The notes beneath the pieces are model-generated. The model was not told where the DNA came from and did no database searches. It saw only the letters and a list, made by a program, of their open reading frames with translations. DNA of 64,000 bases from Marsupella aquatica (lineage: Eukaryota > Plantae > Marchantiophyta), in assembly GCA_973895155.1 (NCBI GenBank), contig OZ316898.1, positions 15,468,330 through 15,532,329 on the forward strand, given 5' to 3'. Both the position numbers and the translations under genes were made by a program. Below, one piece after another: positions 37,038 through 49,422 of this stretch (within the stretch, counting starts at the first letter, position 1; every line of letters begins with the position of its first letter).

Positions 37038-37246
37038 GGCTCATTGTTACGGAGCTAGTTGAGAGATAGGGAGAGCTTGTGCTGTGGATGCTTGGTATGG
37101 CCATTCGGCCTAGAGTGCAGTAAAGCTCTTGTGTGTTCCCGTGGACGTAGCCTCAAGTGGAGGTGAACCACGTATCTCTCTGTGTCGACTATTGTACGTT
37201 GGATGGTTCATGGGCTTGCCATTACGAATGTCGTCTATGCTCAACA
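37038..37246 (+). repeat. Copia-1 3' LTR, second part
   Basis: Resumes at GGCTCATTGTTAC and ends ...GTCTATGCTCAACA, followed by TSD TATTG. Confidence 0.9.
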
Positions 37247-38076
37247 TATTGCGGGGCCACCAAGAAGTGCTCTAAATGTCCAGAACCTAGATGTCAAATT
37301 AGTAGCTACTATGAGTCTTGTAACTCTGTCAAGAAGACATAAAGTAGGAGGGAAATCCACACTCCCAAAGCAACCTAAGACAAAGGAACACCAACAAGCA
37401 GATCCTTTTCAAGTGCTTCAACAAACAGGTTTGCAAACTTTTCAAGTGCTTAAACATATTGATGACAATTCTGGAAAGACTCCCATTGTTTATGAGGGCA
37501 GACAATAAAATAACCAAGGAAAGATCACATCAGCACAGGGGTTTGGTGATTAAGGAAGCAAGGCCTATACTTGTTGGAAGAGGGTTCTCATATGGGGACA
37601 ATATTGTCAGTGGGAAGGTCGCACCCCAAAAACCAACCAGGATCTGTAAACCAGAAACGATAAGGTGGCTGGCTACCCTAGGAGATCCCTTTTCCCCTAG
37701 TGAATTCTTTTGGATTGATCAACAATGGCTCCAATACATGTTTTTTGGCTGAAATGTGGCAAAGCACCCCCATATCCTCTTGGTGACTGGGGACTTTGCA
37801 CCCCAAAATACCCCTTTGCACCTGTCCATATAGGTTTGAGTGGTAAGGCAACTGACAAAACCAAATCTCTGATAAACAATATCTCACAAGATACTTGGAT
37901 AGACTGCCAAACCCACACATGGATCCCCGCATGGATCATCTTGAAATCATGCTACTTTTGACTCAAACAGTACTTTCCTTTTGTATGAATCATTCATATT
38001 TGTGTGTCAGAAAAGTAGTCTGATGACTAATGTGATATGCCACATATGTAAGAATTCTTAAAAAAGGAGGAAGAAA

Positions 38077-39819
38077 TGGTGAAATGACAAACTTTCAAAA
38101 CTTTTTGGAGCTTTTTGATTGCATTTAAGTCATTTGGTTACTTACAAAAGGATATCACTCAAGTTTAACAATGAATGTTATTGGATATCACCTAACATTT
38201 ACAAAGGATGTTTGTTAGTGGTGTCCAAACTTGTTATATGGGGCGCTTTCAAGAGGCCCTCAACCATTTGATAAAAGACGCCATTCAAAAGTGCCCAAGC
38301 CTAAGGCACTTGATATGTTTTTGATCCAAAACTCCTATTTATTTGAAAGTCTTCCAGAACTTCAATTCAGCTGGAAATTTGCAAGCATGATCTTTGGAGT
38401 ATAATCTACTTGCTGACACAGTTCAAGACTTTTTGGAGTTGGTTTACTTGGTTTTTGATCAAGTCTATGTTAGTCAATTGTTATATTCACATTTAATTAC
38501 ATCAAGTTTTAATTAGTTCTACTTTGTTTTACATATTAGTTTTCTTTGGAGGATGAAGAGGTATGTCTTTTCATCTTTCCAAGGATATCCTTAATATTTA
38601 TTTAAGTTAGTTTTGATTTTCAAGGAGTGAAAAGTTACACCTTTTCATTCCCTCTTGACCATCCTTGCTTGAGGCATTATATAAGGAAAGGTGATACACT
38701 AGTTAGGTAAGTTAGTTCTTGCATATCTTAGCTGAATAGATTGTCCATTTGACACTGATTATGGAGACATTTAAGACATATTTTGAATGTTGCTCCTTAG
38801 GTGAAGAAAATGAGACTAACTTCCTTCTGTATTAGATTCCATGAGGAATTTGGATATGGAAGTAAAACTACATAAATACATGTGATTTGTATCTTGGATC
38901 ATAGATAGCATTGGCTTGAGATCCAATATATGAAACTCTTTCCTTATGAAACTCTAGAGTTGTCCAAAATATCTTTGACCATGTATGATTGGTAAGAATT
39001 TGTGGAAGTCTAGAGGGGAATTAGTTTCAAGCTTTCTACGGTAAAAGTCCATTCTCATGAGTTTTAGTACCGCCATTGGTAAACAAAGACTAGTAGCATT
39101 CATACCAAGTTGCGCATCGCCAGAGTATTGACCTAGTATTGAATCCTGTTGTCGGCAGTTTACTAGTTGGGACTACGCATGATGTTCAAAAAGATCTTTG
39201 TGGGCTTGGTGAACTAATACTAGAAGGAAGAGAAATGAGAGTATAAATTTAGGAAACAGTCAGAGAGGGGTTTTGTGTACCTTTTAACATCTTAAAGTGG
39301 CCATATCCTTCCATAAGCGATGGTGATGGAGGTAGCGCAATGCTAAAGCCTGATTTAAAAAGTCCTAGAGTTATATTCTATGAAGGAGAATTATATTTCC
39401 TTGTCTTTTGTTAATTGTGCATTTTGGTTTCAAATGTGTAAGAGGTTGAGTTTACTCGTTAAACCACTCATTTGTGTTAAAACATTCCATTCCCTTGACC
39501 TTAGTACATCCAAACATCAGTTTTGGCAATTTACAAAACTTTAAAGCCATGCTCAGCTAGTCTTCCTGAAGTGCTAAAAAAAATATCCTGAACTTCCTGA
39601 CCAAGCTTGGAAACCACAGTGTCAAACTTTAGCCAGAGTCACTGAACCATAGTTTGACTCTGGCCAAACCATAGTCCTAAACCATTTCCACCTTGACTTT
39701 CTGAAGTGCTAAGGAAACTATACTGTTATGCACAAAATGGGATGAAAGTTGTACAAACTATTCTCATTTGGCCAAATTCATAGGACCAGTATACTTTGAA
39801 GGAACAGTTCCCAATCTCA
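38077..39819 (+). mobile_element. Possible old long LTR of an underlying retrotransposon
   Basis: Purine tract AAAAAAGGAGGAAGAAA before it, TATA-like TTATATAAG near 38677, and CAATTGGTAT (PBS-like remnant) after it. No second copy in the window. Confidence 0.3.
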
Positions 39820-39861
39820 ATTGGTATGATCTGTCCTTTTTGGCTTTGAGGCGCACTATTA

Positions 39862-40519
39862 GGGGGTCTCAAATATAGACCCATTTGGCTCTTCTACAGG
39901 ATAGGTCCAGTGCCCCTAACTTGGCCTGCGGGTGAGTTTGACTGGTGCACAGACTTTTGAGTTCAATTTTTTGGGTCCCCTAACAGCCAGGTTGTGTGGG
40001 GAAACTATTCTGTTCACCATAATTAGTGTTATGCAAGAATTAATGTTAGTACATAATTAGTGTTATTAACACTAATTTTGGTAAAAATGATTTTGAGCCC
40101 AAGTAACACTAATTTTTGTTGGTTTTCAAAACAGATTTTGTTCACTTTAGTATAAATTGCTTGTAAAAAATGGCTGATCCTTAGTCCAAAATAACACTAA
40201 TTGTTGAGGATTTTTTAAAATATTTTTTTTTAACTCTATTTTCTCACTTTTAAGACCATAGTAATACTAATTCATGTGCATGAAAATATTGTTAGCACAA
40301 AATTAATGTGACTAACACTAATTCGGGAGTAGACCCTGAAAATGGACGCTCTCAAATTAGTGTTAGTCACACGGTGAAGAGTGTAGCCATTTGGAAATGG
40401 TAGAAATCCCGGAACACTAGTGTGCGAGCTAGGCTTAGGGAGTGTTGGGTTGCGTCCCTCCAAACCTAATCGCGCCCACACTGCCGTGAGAGAGACTAAG
40501 GGTTATATTTGAGACCCCC
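39862..40519. mobile_element. ~660-bp MITE
   Basis: TIRs GGGGGTCTCAAATATA(G)ACCC and GGGTTATATTTGAGACCCCC. Flanked by TATTA on both sides. Many internal TAATTAGTGTTA/TAACACTAATT motifs. Confidence 0.8.
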
Positions 40520-42035
40520 TATTAGGTTGATTGATTACTCGACCCGCTTGTGACAAAATCATGTTGTCTCGGTGTGCATTTGGCTTCATGATGTGTCCAC
40601 CAGGATGAAGTTTGCTTCTTCTCTGCGGAGCGACCGACGTTCTAAAGACGAACGGGCTACGTGATGAGCAGTCGTAGATTGGTGGGTAAAGACATCGAAG
40701 GAACACAAGCACGAGGGCGATAATGAGGTGCAATGGGATGAGAGTGCAGTTATGGATTTTACTTTGGCAATTGTATAATGAATCCCACTCCTGTCAGCTA
40801 GCTCGCTTACCTTGGTGCAGGCATCACCGGTTGTAGGTACTTTGCAAGTTGGTGTAGCAAGCAAGCAGCCGAAAGGGAGAGCGGGGAAACCCACCAATAG
40901 GGCAGGATTTTGTGCGACAGCATGCAGAGAGCCCACATGGGTGTTCCATCAAGAATCGAGATAACACCAATAATTGATCGTATATATTTGTATTAAGACA
41001 AAGATGTTTTGTCCTCACTCGTCTGCCTCACCGTGCCTCCTCTGCAAGATGCACGAGTCCTTGGACGAGGAAAATGAATGCTTCAAGAGGATCGGATATG
41101 TATTAAACCACAGCTGCCAGTATAAGAGGCTACGGGTTACCCGTAGCCTCTCATTATACACAGAGGCAAGTCGCATTTCGCTAGGATCCGGAAAAAACGG
41201 AGGCACGCGGGCAGGATTGCCTTGGGGCAGCCCGGCTAGACAGCCGGGCTTCACAGGCCTTCTTACCGGGTTGATACATGTTTAGATATAGATGGGTCCG
41301 CAAATACAGGCATGACGTTTAGATAGCACATTGGTTGCATCGTCCCCTGCGAATCGAGACGTCGTGAGTTCAAAACTCTGCTTATTTTGGCTCTACGCTT
41401 GTGCGAAGGCCTTTGGCCAGGACGGGGTGGATGGGCAAGGAGATTCCCTGAGCAGGAGGGGGTCGGTGAAGTCTCCGAACTCACCAAACACCTGGTGACC
41501 TTGGCAGGATCAACGACACTTGGCGAGGGGAGGGCTGGCGCTTATGTGAGAGGGTGAGAGTTGATGGCCGCGCCGCAAGGAATGCCCAGGAAAGGAAAGC
41601 AAGCACTGGCATGACGGACACCAGGTGGAGAGAGCTTTTCTAAACTAAATAAATGGTCATATACTACTGGATTCCGATTTCAGTCGAACAGCCCGCATGG
41701 CTCTACTGGTTGTGGCCCTCTTTGGAGCGCAGGAGATCCTGGGATCGAGCCTCAGCGGCGCCGATGGTTGCGCGGCCCTTTCTTTTTGAATCTTGTCACT
41801 TACGGGAGAGCGGAGGTAGGTGGAAGGACCAGGGTGCCTCCTGCACTACCCTTGGCTGAAGCTGGCGCTGCGCTTCAGTATGAATACAAGTACTTACTCA
41901 CAATTTCCGAACAGTCCGGACGACTTCTTGGTAGTGCGTTTCCTTTGCGGGTGAGAGGTGTCGAGTTCAACGTCGGCAGACGTTGTTGCATACGCGTTAC
42001 ATTTTGTGGCGCACAAGGTGCAAAGGATTGTGCAC

Positions 42036-42171
42036 TACACAGCCGAAAGGAATGTGCCTAGTAGTATTGAAAGGAACGTGTGTCGAAAGGTCCAACGTGT
42101 GCTACAGTCGAAAGGTCCAACGTGCGCTACAGTCGAAAGGTCCAACGTGCACTACAGTCGAAAGGAACGTG
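42036..42171. repeat. ~22-bp minisatellite (TACAGTCGAAAGGTCCAACGTG-like)
   Basis: Several tandem, partly degenerate copies. Confidence 0.8.
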
Positions 42172-42318
42172 AGTTACGTTTTACCGTCATTTCAATTGTA
42201 AGTGCATGGTCGGAAGTGGGGGAGGCTTTCAACATTTCAATTGTAAGTGCATGGTCGGAAGAGTGGAGGCTTTCGACAATCTCCGTGTTTTTTAAATCAT
42301 TTTTTTTTAAACTGACCG

Positions 42319-43145
42319 ACACTCATGAGTAGGGGGCTAGCTACATTAGTGTTTTGACAATTATCTGCTTTTTCTAAATTGTGCAGAGTCACACTCATGA
42401 GTAGGGGGCAAGCTAGTATTTTGACAATTATCTGCTTTTTCTAAATTGTGCAGACTTGTAGAAGAAGGAGAGTCCTCTCGGCTCTCAACAATGTGACTGT
42501 GTTTTTAGAGAGAATTTGCGCTTGGTATGTGAGGAAGAGCTAAGATAAAGTATAATGGGGAGACCATGAGATAAAACCTATATCAATTGGCCACAACATA
42601 AAAGGGGAATGAAGAGCGAATGATTGAATCCTTTACATTATTTATGCACTGGTCACTACATAGTTTTTGTTGCATGTTATTATTTTTATATTCACATACT
42701 TTGCACACTTCTATGTTTGACATCTGTTTAGAGTCACACTCATGAGTAGGGGGCTAGCTACAGTAGTGTTTTGACAATTATCTGCTTTTTCTAAATTGTG
42801 CAGAGTCACACTCATGAGTAGGGGGCTAGCTAGTGTTTTGACAATTATCTGCTTTTTCTAAATTGTGCAGACTTGTAGAAGAAGGAGAGTCCTCTCGGCT
42901 CTCAACAATGTGGCTGTGTTTTTAGAGAGAATTTGCGCTTGGTATGTGAGGAAGAGCTAAGATAAAGTATAATGGGGAGACTATGAGATAAAACCTATAT
43001 CAATTGGCCACAACATAAAAGGGGAATAAAGAGCGAATGATTGAATCCTTTACATTATTTATGCACTGGTCACTCTACATAGTTTTTGTTGCATGTTATT
43101 ATTTTTATATTCACATACTTTGCACACTTCTATGTTTGACATCTG
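42319..43145. repeat. ~415-bp tandem duplication upstream of the Kolobok transposase
   Basis: ACACTCATGAGTAGGGGGCTAG...TATGTTTGACATCTG occurs twice. Each copy begins with an internal ~70-bp duplication. Confidence 0.9.
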
Positions 43146-43204
43146 ACCTTTTTTCCAGCTCATGAGATTTTAGGCAAATGCGGTAAAGACTATATTTGTG
43201 CACC

Positions 43205-46200
43205 ATGTCTACAAAGGATGACCCACGTCATCGTGTCTCAGACCAGCGGAAGCGGCCCCCTCAACGTGGTGGCCTTCCTCGGAAAAAATACCCTAGTGAT
43301 GATATAGACTATAAGAGGCTTCGGAGACCGGATGCAAGGCCTGCAATCCGAGTCCCGCTTCACTTGTGGAGTGAATGGGAGGAATTGAGAGTTTTACTTG
43401 GTGATGAACATACTACACACTCAGCTGTCATAGAGTGGTTGTTTCATGAAGTGCGAGATAGGGTTGAGCATTTGAGGACATGGCAAGCAGCGCCCGCTAG
43501 AATGCTACAAGATGAACTTGCATTAGCGACAGACATTGGAACATCGTCAACCTTTATGAATCCTAGGAGCAGTCAATGTTCAGAGGATCATTACCAGGAT
43601 ACAAATTTACATGATGTATGTTTAAATAGATAATTTTGTTATGTCTTTATATGTTTGTTTTTCATCTAGAACAGGCATACAAGATTTTAATCTTTCTTGC
43701 AAATAAAATTTCCTTTTTTGAAACTTGTGCTGTCTTCGGGGCTGTCTTGGGATAAGTTTCTCTTGGGGTTTGTAGATGTGGACTTTTTCAAGCCCTATTT
43801 TCCAAAACAATAACCAGTCCATAATGCTATTACATGTGTGGCTACTTTTGACAGAGTCAACAATCTGTAACAAGTGATGCACAAGTGGAAGAGGAAGAGG
43901 AATTGCAAGAGCATATTGTTGAACAATATTCATCAGATGCAGAGGATGAAGCCATGTATCGAGATGAAGATACAACCGTTCATTATGCTTTAGGAGCTCC
44001 CATACATGAGGATGTTGTGGAGGAGGTGCAACAACTTACATTCCCTACACATTTCTTTTTTCAAAGCATACTCTATTTTCACATATCACACTTTGTGTGT
44101 TTATTTCAATTCTTCTAACTATGTAAATATTTGTATTGAACTAGGAGGATGTAGTCTTGGATTCTCAATCACCAGAACGACCTGCCTTGCAACCATCAAT
44201 AGTTACAAACTCACAATCAATACCACCTAGTACCTCTGACCCACCAGTTTCACGTAGGTCTCTACCTCGTCGACCAGCTACAATAGCATTTTTTGAGCGA
44301 CACTTAATTCATAATTTTGTTCAAAGACTACTTCCTAGGTGTCATATACCTGCATGTTCATTGACTCCTATTGTGGAGCGTATTGGAGAGTTGCAACAAG
44401 TGTGGTCTATTAGGATTAGTTGTGGGCAAGCTGGACATGGGTGGACGTTTGTGACTGGTGAGAATGAGTCGGGAAGGAATTCACCATTGATTACTCCTAT
44501 GCTATATCATTCCACTTTATGTGCTGGTCTTACATTTACAGCTCTAGCCGCATTGACATCACATTTAGGTTTGCATGTCCCTTCTGCAACCCATTGGCAT
44601 GATTTTCAAAGTGGAAGACGACGACCTCAAGCAGGATGGATAGATGCTGTAAAGCAGCAATGGGAGGTAAACAAAAGTGAGGTGTGGGAAGATGTAAAAA
44701 CTCGACTCCAGCAGCAATGTGCACCTCATGAAGGTTTGTAAATGAAACTATTATACAAGAAAATTAAGCTTATATATAACTTAGTTAACTTGTTTCAATG
44801 AGGTTTGTACAACAAAAGCATGTTTTATTGTTATTTCGTGGTTTTGCTCTAACATGAACAACCTTTACACATTGGACTTTGATTGAATAAATTTTAGGTT
44901 TTTTGTGAATAATTTTATACCCAACATCATATATTCTTGGTTTTCTTGCAGATCCTGGACTAGTTGTGTTTCTAGATTGTCGTTGGGATTCTTCTCGGAG
45001 TGGGTATCATGGTACTTCTTCTATCATTGATAGCTACGATAATAGGGTCCTTCAGATGACCACTGTAAGTAGAAGAGAGGAGAGAAACTCTTGGTACATG
45101 GAAGAAATTGGGGCAAAGAGGGTACTAGATAGTCTCACGGATGCGGGAGTTGTTATAAAAGAGGTTATCCATGATGACAAAAGTACCATTGATAAAATCA
45201 TTGAGGACATGGGATTTATAAACCAGAAGGACTTATGGCACAAGGCTAAAAATTTGGTGAGGAAATTTGTGGACAAGTTGGCAAGTGCCACATTTACCCT
45301 AACTGTTGACATAGACACTGTGACATCTCGCTCTGATTTGCAAGCAGTTACAAATAAAAAGTTGAAAGACTGGTTGAAGGATAGGGGTATTAGAGGTTAC
45401 TCTAACTTGAGAAAGGAAGCGTTAATTCATCGAGTTGCGGATTTGCGTGGGCTTCCTGAGGAGGAGCTTGTACACATTGCCACCCGTGGTCTCAAGTTTC
45501 CAGAGTTAGCGGAGCATAATTTGGCAAGCAAATTTAAGACCTGGTTCTATGTGTGTTCAAGAACATGTAAAAATAGGTGTGCCATATTACAAAAGTATTG
45601 CACATTGCTTGAAATGCTACCTTGATTTATATAATCTTTGGAATACCTTGATAGATATTTTATAGATGAAAATTAATTTATAGCTTGTTTATAAAAAAAA
45701 TTCTCACTACTTTGCAATGCAGGAGTGGAGACAGTGAATCCTTGGCTTTTGAGTTAGGGAATTGTGCAGATCATTGGGCTGGTGACCATGAAAAGTGCAT
45801 GACACTATCTGATCGGCCTTGTCAGCATCTTGGAGAATCTAATGCCTTACAATTGGACTTGTACTATGAGAGAGGTAAAACAAATACTGTGCCACAAATA
45901 TTCAATGATTTTGCATTGAGACAAATTCATATTATGTTTTGGATGTTGCATGACATAGTAATTATAAGATAAATAACCAGTTTTTCTTTTGGAATGCAGA
46001 TGGGGAAACTCACAAGGCCATGAAAGCTTTCATGACCAAGTACATAAAGCCAGAAAAAATGCGATTTTATACCATGGCTCGTGAGAACTTTATGTCTGAA
46101 ACATTCCATTCTGTAATGGGCAAGTATGCCATAAAGCGTATTCATTTTCCAGCTACTCACGATGCGCGTTTATGTTGTACTGCTATGGACTGGAATGAAA

Positions 46201-46346
46201 ATATTAGGAGACATGTTTGGAAGGTTCGTGATCGTCGAGCAGTAAACACAGTTGTTCGTGATAGACCCTCTCGTTCACGAGTATTAGTGGATCGTACCAC
46301 AAGTTGGAAGGAGCAAACAAGTCTACGTATCTATGGAGTACCTTAG
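43205..46346 (+). CDS. Kolobok-like DDE transposase, 764 aa, 6 exons (43205-43615, 43855-44025, 44145-44733, 44952-45576, 45723-45874, 46000-46346)
   Basis: All five introns are GT-AG and phase-compatible (2295 nt, no internal stop). Motifs: DCRWDS...GTSSIID, SWYMEEIG, VIHDDK, QKDLWHKAKN, HWAGDHEKC, SETFHSVMGKYAIKRIHF, ARLCCTAMDWNEN. Confidence 0.85.
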
Positions 46347-47271
46347 ACCTAAACCAACATATATGAGGTAATTATATTTTGCCTATACAATAACATTTGT
46401 TTTTGTTTAGAGACATTGGATTGAGGGTGGGTTAAATGACTAGATACCTCAGTTTTTATGTATGTTGACAAGTGGTCTAATTGTTTCATGAATTGATTGT
46501 ATGTTATAATTGCAGAGGGTTGTTTCTTTGAAGACATGCAAGTAAGACCTGGGGATGTTTTACTTCCATTATGTTGTAGGGGGCACTTGGATTTTTTAGT
46601 ATTTAGCATGTAGAGCATTGTAACACACTGATGCAACTTTTGTCTCATAATATGAAAAGGTTTTACCTTTCCCACTATTTGTTTGTTATTGATTCCAAAT
46701 TTGTTGAAGATATAAATTTTGTCCAATATAACAAAAATATGGTACATAAAACCCTAATTTGTACACACAATTGTTTGGTAAGTAACACAAATCTTCTATA
46801 GAGAAATAAAACACAAAATGTTATTATGATAAAACAGACTATGCTTTGAATGTGTGTATCCAAGGTTGGAGAACCAACCATTCCCTAGACAAGCTTTTTC
46901 TTTTGGTATATGGGGTGTACTGCCAAACTAAAATGGATGAGAAAAGTTCATATGTGAAAAGTTTCCCAACAGAATACTCACAACATAGGTACAATTGAGT
47001 TGACAATTACTCCCAAGGGGGTTTGAACCCCTTTTTGTTGCCATCCAACAGGAGTTCCAACCCTAAGGATAAGGAAGGAGGCACAGGCCAAAAAAATATA
47101 AAATATGCTATAACAAATAACCCAGATAAATCCTATACTTGACAGAGTTAAGAAACGCTGAAGAAAGAGATAAAGTAAAAGAGAAGAAAAGAGAAGCAAA
47201 AAGTTAAAAACACATAAAACAACCAAGTACAAACCCAACTCCAAAATATGAAGAACAAAGTATCAACCATG

Positions 47272-47619
47272 CTACTCGCCAAGTGTCTTCCAGGTGGCAT
47301 GTATGGCAGATGTAAGATTCCCTGGAAGGGCTGTCGGTTCCAAGAATTTGGCAACTGATGCCAATTTCTCAGAAACAACATGACGCTGACGAGAAGGAAT
47401 GGCCTCAACATAAGACCAAGCCGCACACATGTGGAAGACTTCAGCATGCAATGGAGAATGAAGAGCAGCGTTGAGTTCAACAAGGTTGTTGTCAATGGCC
47501 TCACAAAATGCTAAGAACTTTGCAACAATATCATCATGCCTCAAAAGAAGAGCCCTCCTTTTCTGAGGTGGAGTGACCGGCCATGTTAAACGATACAATC
47601 CCCCACCGTAGGATACCAT
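47272..47619 (-). CDS. KolX-like paralogue B (115 aa)
   Basis: ATG after a tgtgtag acceptor (47645). Aligns by eye with paralogue A: FLAFC/FPEFC, CAAWSYVE/CAAYSYVD, IHATW/IKATW. Confidence 0.7.
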   Translation of the reverse strand: MVSYGGGLYRLTWPVTPPQKRRALLLRHDDIVAKFLAFCEAIDNNLVELNAALHSPLHAEVFHMCAAWSYVEAIPSRQRHVVSEKLASVAKFLEPTALPGNLTSAIHATWKTLGE

Positions 47620-48561
47620 CTCTGCAGGTCTATTTGGATCCTCCCTACACATGGTATGCCACAAAAAATAGCTGCAATTGGTAACAAATAATGAAAACAA
47701 TGGATAGGTAATGCAGCAAAATATCATGAATAAGAATTGACAAAGCAAAGATGAAATGAACCTTAGATAATTCATGTTGCCCGAAACGAAGAAGGTTAGG
47801 TTGGAAACCAAGCTAAGTACAAGGAAGACTAAAACATATGCATACATATGCATACATAGAATGAAAAAACTTTGGAGTGAGAATGAGTAGAAATAATTTC
47901 ATTACCACTTTGGGGTAAGATTGAGGACATGCTATGTTTAGAAGCAATAGCGACCAATCCTGCATTTACACAGGCCTTGGTTCTCACTTGACCTATACTT
48001 GGGGCTTACACAACCCTTGGCTCATACTTGGCCCATACTCAGCCCATACTCGGCCCATACTTTTGGCATGGAATAACTTATTACACCTAGGGACCAAAAG
48101 AGGTGGATTTTATTATCACGTGTGTGAGCAAAATACTCCCAAGGGGATTTGAACCCCTTGTGCTGCCGACCAGCGAGAGTTCAATCCCAAAGAAGGGATT
48201 TATTTATATTATAAGTAAGCAAAGGACATTACAATATGATAGACTAATATGGACGAAATCCTACAAATTCCTCATGTGGGTCATGCCATGTTGCTTTGAT
48301 GACTGCTTCCACTGCATCTGGGAACTTTGTTCGCTCTGCATAACCACATACCCAAGCCAAGTGCGTGTACACTTGGTAGCGTTTCCGCTTCATCACACTA
48401 TCCACATAACTATATGCAGCACAAATCAATATTTGTTCCAAAGGTACAACAGGATTGAGTGCATTGTGATATTGTGTGACGACACGACAAAACTCAGGGA
48501 AATCAGATCGGATCTCGTCTAAGTGTTGGGTATTTACTCTTACGTCTAGGTTAGGTATGAC

Positions 48562-48740
48562 GTGGTTGGTACAACAACGTGGGTTGGTACAACTACGTGG
48601 TTAGGTACAACTATGTGATTAGGTACAACTATGTGGTTAGGTACAACTACGTGATTAGGTACAACTATGTGGTTAGGTACAACTACGTGATTAGGTACAA
48701 CTATGTGGTTAGGTACAACTATGTGGTTAGGTACAACTAA
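48562..48740. repeat. 18-bp tandem array (10 copies) in the Copia-3 LTR; also at 53930-54108
   Basis: GGTACAAC core every 18 nt; unit G(G/A)TTAGGTACAACTA(T/C)GT. Confidence 0.9.
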
Positions 48741-49000
48741 GTTGCACACTATATCATAAGAGGCATGTGTGCTTGGAGAGGTAGAACCAAGGCTCATTGT
48801 TATGGAGCCACTTGAGAGATAGGGAGAGCTTACACTGTGGAGACTCGGTATAGCCGACGGGCTTAGAGTTCAGTAAAGTTCTCTTGTGTGTTCCCGTGGA
48901 CGTAGCCTCAAGGAGGTGAACCACGTATCTCTTGTGTCGACTATTGTGCGTTGGATGGTTCATGGGCTTGCCGTTGCGATCGTCGTCTATGCTCAACAAT

Positions 49001-49012
49001 TGGTATCAGAGC
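49001..49012 (+). promoter_or_regulatory. Primer-binding site (tRNA-iMet) of Copia-3
   Basis: TGGTATCAGAGC, 2 nt after the LTR. Confidence 0.95.
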
Positions 49013-49422
49013 ATGCTTGGGAGGTGACGTGTGTTCGTGACGGGATTTCATGACGGTTTTTCCAGCGTTGAGTGTTGGTGGATTTTCCAGAGTTCCATCG
49101 CATGGAACTTGGAGTTTATGGGCTCAACGGATAGATCAGGGCAAGAGCTTTCTAACGGTGTGAAGAAATCGTTGAACGGAGCTCGTGGTGCAGAGAGATC
49201 TAAGTTTTCGTCATTCTGGATTTTGTGAAGAAAGTTGGCAATCGACTCGGAGGGAGAAGCGTCAAGTGTTTTGACTCAACGGAGAGATTGAGGCAAGACG
49301 ATTGTTTTTGAGTCCGGGATTGGCTCTTTGATGCAAAGAGGAAGGCTAAGCAAAATCAATTACCTTGTTGGACTTGGTGACGGCACCAAGTGCAATTGAT
49401 CAACATTCGTTGTTGACAAGAC

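Larger units (their letters stand above)
1386..37246 (+). mobile_element. Ty1/Copia LTR retrotransposon Copia-1 (decayed, host of nested insertions)
   Basis: 5' LTR from 1386 matches the 3' LTR starting 26837 and ending 37246. TSD TATTG at 1381-1385 and 37247-37251. Domain order gag-PR-IN-RT-RH. PPT AAGGGGGAG before the 3' LTR. Confidence 0.9.

Noticed and set aside
37252-37960. Fragmented ORFs after Copia-1
   Set aside because: Possibly a decayed accessory ORF of an older element, but no motif I can name.
43205-46346. Transposase as piggyBac or MULE
   Set aside because: TTAA alone would fit piggyBac, but the motifs and the convergent KolX-like gene fit Kolobok. MULEs have 9-10-bp TSDs.
48562-48740. 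Regular short repeats resembling a CRISPR array, and the VVPNHI-repeat ORFs (48546-48797, 53914-54165)
   Set aside because: Head-to-tail 18-mers with no unique spacers, inside an LTR. The ORF is a by-product of a unit length divisible by three.
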